Origin: Candidatus Zixiibacteriota bacterium
GTDB lineage: Bacteria; Zixibacteria; MSB-5A5; UBA10806; 4484-95
Length of the DNA stretch: 64,000 bases
Direction of reading: 5' to 3'
Assembly: GCA_037441845.1 (NCBI GenBank)
Contig: JBBIRK010000004.1
Location: forward strand, 1 to 64,000
Shown: piece by piece, positions 59,569-64,000 of the stretch
How the letters are laid out: the number at the start of each line of letters is the position of its first letter
Numbering within the stretch: the first letter of the stretch is position 1
The notes under the pieces: model-generated
Told to the model about the DNA's origin: nothing
Database searches by the model: none
What the model saw: the letters and a program-made list of their open reading frames with translations, nothing else
Translations under genes and position numbers: made by a program

Positions 59569-60951
59569 CTGTTCAGAAAAATACTGATCGCCAATAGGGG
59601 CGAAATAGCACTTCGAATAATCCGAGCCTGCAAAGAGCTCGGAATATCCACTGTCGCAGTGTATTCCGAGGCCGATGCCGACTCATTGCATGTCCGGTTC
59701 GCCGACGAGGATATCTGTATCGGTCCCGGTCGGGCATCGGAGAGCTATCTCGACCCCAAGCGGGTGATCGCCGCCGCCGAGGTTACCAACGCCGATGCCA
59801 TCCATCCCGGCTACGGTTTTCTTGCCGAGAACGCCGATTTCGCCGAGATCTGCGAATCCTGCGATATCAAGTTCATCGGGCCGACCCCCAGAGTCATACA
59901 ACTGCTCGGCGATAAATCTTTAGCCAAAATCAACATGAAATCGGCCGGGGTGCCGATCGTGCCTGGTTCCGGCGGTGTTGTGGCGAGCTATGAAGAGGCG
60001 GTGGAAATCGCCAAAAATATCGGTTACCCGATCATGATAAAGGCGGTGGCTGGTGGCGGCGGACGCGGTATGCGTCTTGTGCACGAACCCGGCGAATTGA
60101 AGGGTTCGTTCGAAACCGCCATGGCCGAGGCGGGAGCAGCATTCGGGTCTCCGGCGGTCTATATCGAAAAGTATGTGGCCAATCCGCGCCACGTCGAGAT
60201 TCAAATAATGGCCGATAATTACGGCAACATAATCCACCTCGGCGAGCGTGATTGCACGGTCCAAAGGCGGCACCAGAAACTTATCGAAGAATCGCCCTCG
60301 CCGGTGATCAGCGAAGAGCTTCGCCGGAAAATGGGGGCGGCCGCGGTTACCGGAGCCAAAGCTGTCGGCTACACCAGTCTGGGCACAGTGGAGTTCCTTG
60401 TCGATGGTCAGGGGAATTTCTATTTTCTGGAAGTGAACACCAGAATCCAGGTGGAACATACGGTCACCGAGCAAGTGACCAATATAGATTTGGTCAAGGA
60501 ACAAATCGAGATGGCGGCCGGTAAGAAGCTCGCATTCAGGCAGGATGACGTCAAGTTCCGCGGACATGCGATCGAATGCCGGATCAACGCCGAGGATACA
60601 TCGAAAAATTTCGTTCCGATGCCGGGCAAGATAACCACATTTCACACTCCGGGCGGGCTCGGCGTTCGGGTCGATACCCACGCTTATGCCGGATATGAAA
60701 TGCCGCCCTATTACGATTCGTTGGTGGCCAAGTTGATTGTTTGGGGGCAGGACCGGGCCGAGGCGCTCTTGCGGATGCGCCGGGCGCTGGATGAATTCGT
60801 GGTCGAGGGAATTCCGACGCCGATCGAGCTTTACAAGAAAATTATCGAAGATCCCGTTTTTATTTTCGGAAATTATGATACCGGGTACGTTGAAAGGATT
60901 ATGGCCGGCAGGCAATCCGAACGCCCGGCCAAGAGTGAGGAGGTTACTTGA
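59569..60951 (+). CDS. accC: Biotin carboxylase; apparent CTG start
   Basis: (L/M)[13 protein letters not shown] begins at CTG 59569, with in-frame TAA at 59554; [27 protein letters not shown]. Confidence 0.93.
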   Translation: MFRKILIANRGEIALRIIRACKELGISTVAVYSEADADSLHVRFADEDICIGPGRASESYLDPKRVIAAAEVTNADAIHPGYGFLAENADFAEICESCDIKFIGPTPRVIQLLGDKSLAKINMKSAGVPIVPGSGGVVASYEEAVEIAKNIGYPIMIKAVAGGGGRGMRLVHEPGELKGSFETAMAEAGAAFGSPAVYIEKYVANPRHVEIQIMADNYGNIIHLGERDCTVQRRHQKLIEESPSPVISEELRRKMGAAAVTGAKAVGYTSLGTVEFLVDGQGNFYFLEVNTRIQVEHTVTEQVTNIDLVKEQIEMAAGKKLAFRQDDVKFRGHAIECRINAEDTSKNFVPMPGKITTFHTPGGLGVRVDTHAYAGYEMPPYYDSLVAKLIVWGQDRAEALLRMRRALDEFVVEGIPTPIELYKKIIEDPVFIFGNYDTGYVERIMAGRQSERPAKSEEVT

Positions 60952-61325
60952 TACCGCAGGATTTGAAATATACCAAGGAGCACGAGTGGGTCAAAGTCGT
61001 CGGCGACACCGGCGTGATTGGGATCACTGATTTCGCCCAAAGCGAATTGGGAGACATCGTTTTCGTCGAGCTTCCCAAAGTTGGAACCAAGACCGAGGCC
61101 ATGAAACCTTTCGGCACGATCGAGGCAGTCAAAGCGGTCTCGGATCTGTTTTCGCCGTTGACCGGAGAGGTGATCGAGGTAAATTCGGCGCTCGAATCGG
61201 ATGCCGGCGTGATAAACAGCGACCCCTACGGGGCCGGTTGGATAATCAAGCTGAAAATCGCCGACCCCGCCGAGCTGAATAACCTTCTTGACGCCGCAGC
61301 CTACGCGCAATTAATCGGAAAATAA
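60948..61325 (+). CDS. gcvH: Glycine cleavage system H protein
   Basis: [28 protein letters not shown] lipoyl motif. Confidence 0.96.
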   Translation: MIPQDLKYTKEHEWVKVVGDTGVIGITDFAQSELGDIVFVELPKVGTKTEAMKPFGTIEAVKAVSDLFSPLTGEVIEVNSALESDAGVINSDPYGAGWIIKLKIADPAELNNLLDAAAYAQLIGK

Positions 61326-61327
61326 AT

Positions 61328-62662
61328 ATGAATTATTTTCCAAATTCCGATGCCGAACTGGCCAGTATGTTGAAAAGCATCAGTATCGACGATTTTGAGG
61401 AATTGCTGAAAGACATTCCCGCCGGTCTTCGCTACAGGCAGCCTCTTAATCTGCCGGATCCTTTGTCGGAACCGGAGCTGGTCAGCCATATGGCTGCTTT
61501 GGCCGGCAAGAATATTAAATTCCGCGCTTGTTTCGCCGGCGGTGGGGCATATGATCATTACATTCCGGCCGCGATCTGGAAATTGGTGAGCCGTTCCGAG
61601 TTCATAACGGCATATACGCCGTATCAGGCGGAGGTATCCCAGGGGACATTGCAAGCGGCTTACGAGTTTCAATCGATGATAAGCCAGCTCACGGGATTGC
61701 CGGTTACCAACGCCTCGATGTATGATTGTGCATCGGCGATTGCCGAGGCCGCACTGCTTGCGGCTCGCCATACCGGGAAAAACCAGATTCTAATCTCGGC
61801 GACGACCAATCCTCATTATGTGGATACCGTAAGAACTTATCTTTCGGGCACCGGTTTGCGGATAGTCGTGGTTCCCATGGCCGATGGCTTGACCGATAAT
61901 TCGCAGCTTTTGGCCAAGATCGGCGGCGATACCGCCGCAGTGATCATCCAAAGTCCTAATTTTCTCGGTTTGATCGAAAATATCGACGAGATTTCTATGG
62001 ATATAAAGCGTATCGGCGGTTTGCTGATAATGGTATATGATCCGATATCCCTCGGGATACTCAAATCGCCGGCGGATTACGGGGCGGATATCGCTTGTGG
62101 CGAGGGTCAGCCGCTCGGCTTGCCGCTCGCATTCGGCGGACCCTATCTCGGCTTGTTTTCGGTGAAGTCCGATCTGGTGAGAAAAATGCCGGGACGACTC
62201 GTATCCCGAACCGTGGATAATAACGGTCGGCCCGGTTTCGTGCTGACGCTTCAAACCCGGGAACAGCATATCCGTCGGGAAAAGGCGACATCGAACATCT
62301 GCACCAATCAGCAGCTTTGCGCGCTTGCCGCAACCATATATCTTGCCCTGATGGGTAAGTCCGGAATCAAGCATGCGGCGGAATTGTGCTTGGCGAAAGC
62401 TCATTTTGCCGCCGAAAAATTAAGCCAGATCCCGGGATTCCGATTGCGATTCACAGCTCCTTATTTCAAGGAATTCGTGCTCCAAACTCCGGTTCCGCCC
62501 AAGAGGATAATAGAGCAATTGATGAAGCGAAACATACTTGCCGGAATCGATTTGGGCGGGTTCAAAATCGGATTGAAGGGATGTCTGCTGGTGGCGGTGA
62601 CGGAAAAAGTTACCTACGAACAGATAGACGAATTTGCTTTCTGGCTGGGGAGAGTCAAATAG
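61328..62662 (+). CDS. gcvPA: Glycine dehydrogenase (decarboxylating) subunit 1
   Basis: TAYTPYQAEVSQG, NASMYD, GGPYLG, REQHIRREKATSNICTN. Confidence 0.95.
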   Translation: MNYFPNSDAELASMLKSISIDDFEELLKDIPAGLRYRQPLNLPDPLSEPELVSHMAALAGKNIKFRACFAGGGAYDHYIPAAIWKLVSRSEFITAYTPYQAEVSQGTLQAAYEFQSMISQLTGLPVTNASMYDCASAIAEAALLAARHTGKNQILISATTNPHYVDTVRTYLSGTGLRIVVVPMADGLTDNSQLLAKIGGDTAAVIIQSPNFLGLIENIDEISMDIKRIGGLLIMVYDPISLGILKSPADYGADIACGEGQPLGLPLAFGGPYLGLFSVKSDLVRKMPGRLVSRTVDNNGRPGFVLTLQTREQHIRREKATSNICTNQQLCALAATIYLALMGKSGIKHAAELCLAKAHFAAEKLSQIPGFRLRFTAPYFKEFVLQTPVPPKRIIEQLMKRNILAGIDLGGFKIGLKGCLLVAVTEKVTYEQIDEFAFWLGRVK

Positions 62663-63022
62663 TTGAAAATCTGCCCCAAATGCGGAAATGAATACAGCGG
62701 ACCGGAGTCGATTTGTCCCCGGTGTCAGCTGACGACGGACGAACAAGCGGATTTTGTCGAGGAGGATTACGCCGATAGCGGTCCCGCGCTTCTGTGCAAA
62801 ACCGGCGATATGGCGGGAGCTGAATTGTTGGCGGAAACGCTTCGGCAAGAAGGAATACCGGCGGTGCTCAATCCGGGAGTGCTCGAATTCAGGATGATGC
62901 CGCTCGAATACGGTCAGAAAGGAATAAGAATATATGTGCCTCGGGCGGCCATGGAGAAAGCGCGTGAACTGGGCCGCTTGATTCTTGCCGATTATTCGGA
63001 GGCGAAAGAGACTGATGAATAG
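62663..63022 (+). CDS. Zinc-ribbon plus DUF2007-like protein
   Basis: CPKC...CPRC; AELLAETL..EGIP...IYVP. Confidence 0.7.
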   Translation: MKICPKCGNEYSGPESICPRCQLTTDEQADFVEEDYADSGPALLCKTGDMAGAELLAETLRQEGIPAVLNPGVLEFRMMPLEYGQKGIRIYVPRAAMEKARELGRLILADYSEAKETDE

Positions 63023-63893
63023 ATCGTCGTTTTATGTTTTGGTAATTTTTCTTGGTTCGGTCTGCTTTTGGGGTTGTGCGAAGAAACAGGTTGTTCCAAA
63101 AGAAATATCCTTTCAGAACGATTTGCGGACGGCGCTAAATCTATCGGCCGAGAAACGTTCACCGGTTTTGGCGTTTTTTTACAGGCCCGATTGCCCATGG
63201 TCGAGGATGATGGATGATTCGACCTTTACCAACAAGATAGTGATCGGGATGTCCGCCAACATGATTTTTGCGCGGATCGATATCAGCCAGGATTCGGTTA
63301 CGACCCGGCGATATGGAATAGCCTTTTACCCCACGACCATAGTTTTCAAACATACCGGAGAGGAGATCGACAGACTCGTAGGCTATTATCCTCCGGCCGA
63401 CTTTTTCAACGAGGTTCAATTGTTCCTGCAAGGACGCGAGACTTTGGGTGACTACCTGGTGAGATTGGCCGATGAACCGGACAACGTCGATTATATGATG
63501 GCGATCGGCGAGAAATACCGCAATAAGTCCGAATTCGTGGAAGCATTGAAATACTATGGGATGGTGCTCAATTCGAGCCAGGCCGATTCCGCGGATCATT
63601 ATATACCGGCGATGTTCGAGATAGGTACGCTTTATGGCGAGATGCTTGACACCGTAAAATCGTTCGAATACTTCAACAAGTTCTTGTCAATGAGCCGCGA
63701 CACATTGAAAATACAGGATGTCAGCCGGCGGATAGGTTATTATCGTGCCGGAAGCGGCAATAAAGACGGCGCTATCGCTCAATACAAGAAATATCTTAAA
63801 GATTTTCCCGGCGGCGTCTATACGGCTTGGGTCCGGGAGCGAATAGAGGAATTGAGAATCGCCCAGGAAGGGAGTATGCAGGTTGTACGATAA
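63015..63893 (+). CDS. Lipoprotein with thioredoxin-like fold (CxxS) and TPR repeats
   Basis: Lipobox FWGC; FY.PDCPWS; YPT..., GEEIDRLVGY; TPR-like C-terminus. Confidence 0.75.
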   Translation: MNRSSFYVLVIFLGSVCFWGCAKKQVVPKEISFQNDLRTALNLSAEKRSPVLAFFYRPDCPWSRMMDDSTFTNKIVIGMSANMIFARIDISQDSVTTRRYGIAFYPTTIVFKHTGEEIDRLVGYYPPADFFNEVQLFLQGRETLGDYLVRLADEPDNVDYMMAIGEKYRNKSEFVEALKYYGMVLNSSQADSADHYIPAMFEIGTLYGEMLDTVKSFEYFNKFLSMSRDTLKIQDVSRRIGYYRAGSGNKDGAIAQYKKYLKDFPGGVYTAWVRERIEELRIAQEGSMQVVR

Positions 63894-64000
63894 ATTATTG
63901 AATGAGATTTCACGGCCGGGCAAAATCGGCTATTCGCTGCCTCCATTGCCGGAGGGTTTCAGGGGAGCCGGTTCCATCCTGCCGAAACATTGTCTTCGAC
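63883..64000 (+). CDS. gcvPB: Glycine dehydrogenase subunit 2, 3'-truncated by the window edge
   Basis: TTG start, MYDKLLNEISRPGKIGYSLP matches the GcvPB N-terminus; context after gcvPA. Confidence 0.7.
   Translation, partial: MYDKLLNEISRPGKIGYSLPPLPEGFRGAGSILPKHCLR

Overview
A 64-kb stretch of a Gram-negative (diderm) bacterial chromosome, mostly core genome. The gene content suggests an FCB-related lineage such as Ca. Zixibacteria (inference): proteins with a C-terminal 'NYPNPFN' sorting domain, a dockerin-like domain, a FISUMP lipoprotein and a eukaryote-type citrate synthase. Housekeeping blocks are: citrate synthase; ferredoxin plus geranylgeranyl reductase; rpsT/murJ/heptosyltransferase; tRNA-Phe; DinG-exonuclease; a sigma54 response regulator; rsgA-rpsU-yqeY-cvpA-mutS2-dnaG-sigma70; hldA/hldC; M24 peptidase-accB-pilT-like-accC; and gcvH-gcvPA-(two genes)-gcvPB. 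The most notable items are: (1) an AT-rich stand-alone gene fusing a DarT-like DNA ADP-ribosyltransferase to a DarG-like macrodomain in one polypeptide; (2) a tail-fibre-like Gly-repeat protein with an S74 chaperone, paired with a secreted dockerin-bearing partner, outside any phage context; (3) an array of four secreted sorting-domain proteins, two with sigma54-like promoters, divergent from a GT-C/TPR glycosyltransferase; (4) a four-repeat secreted protein of unknown fold behind an ECF-like promoter; (5) a divergent sigma70 at the rpoD position; (6) an apparent CTG start codon for accC; (7) several apparently leaderless genes. I saw no CRISPR array, rRNA, integrase, transposase or reverse transcriptase. 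All calls come from motif recognition by eye; no database searches were run.
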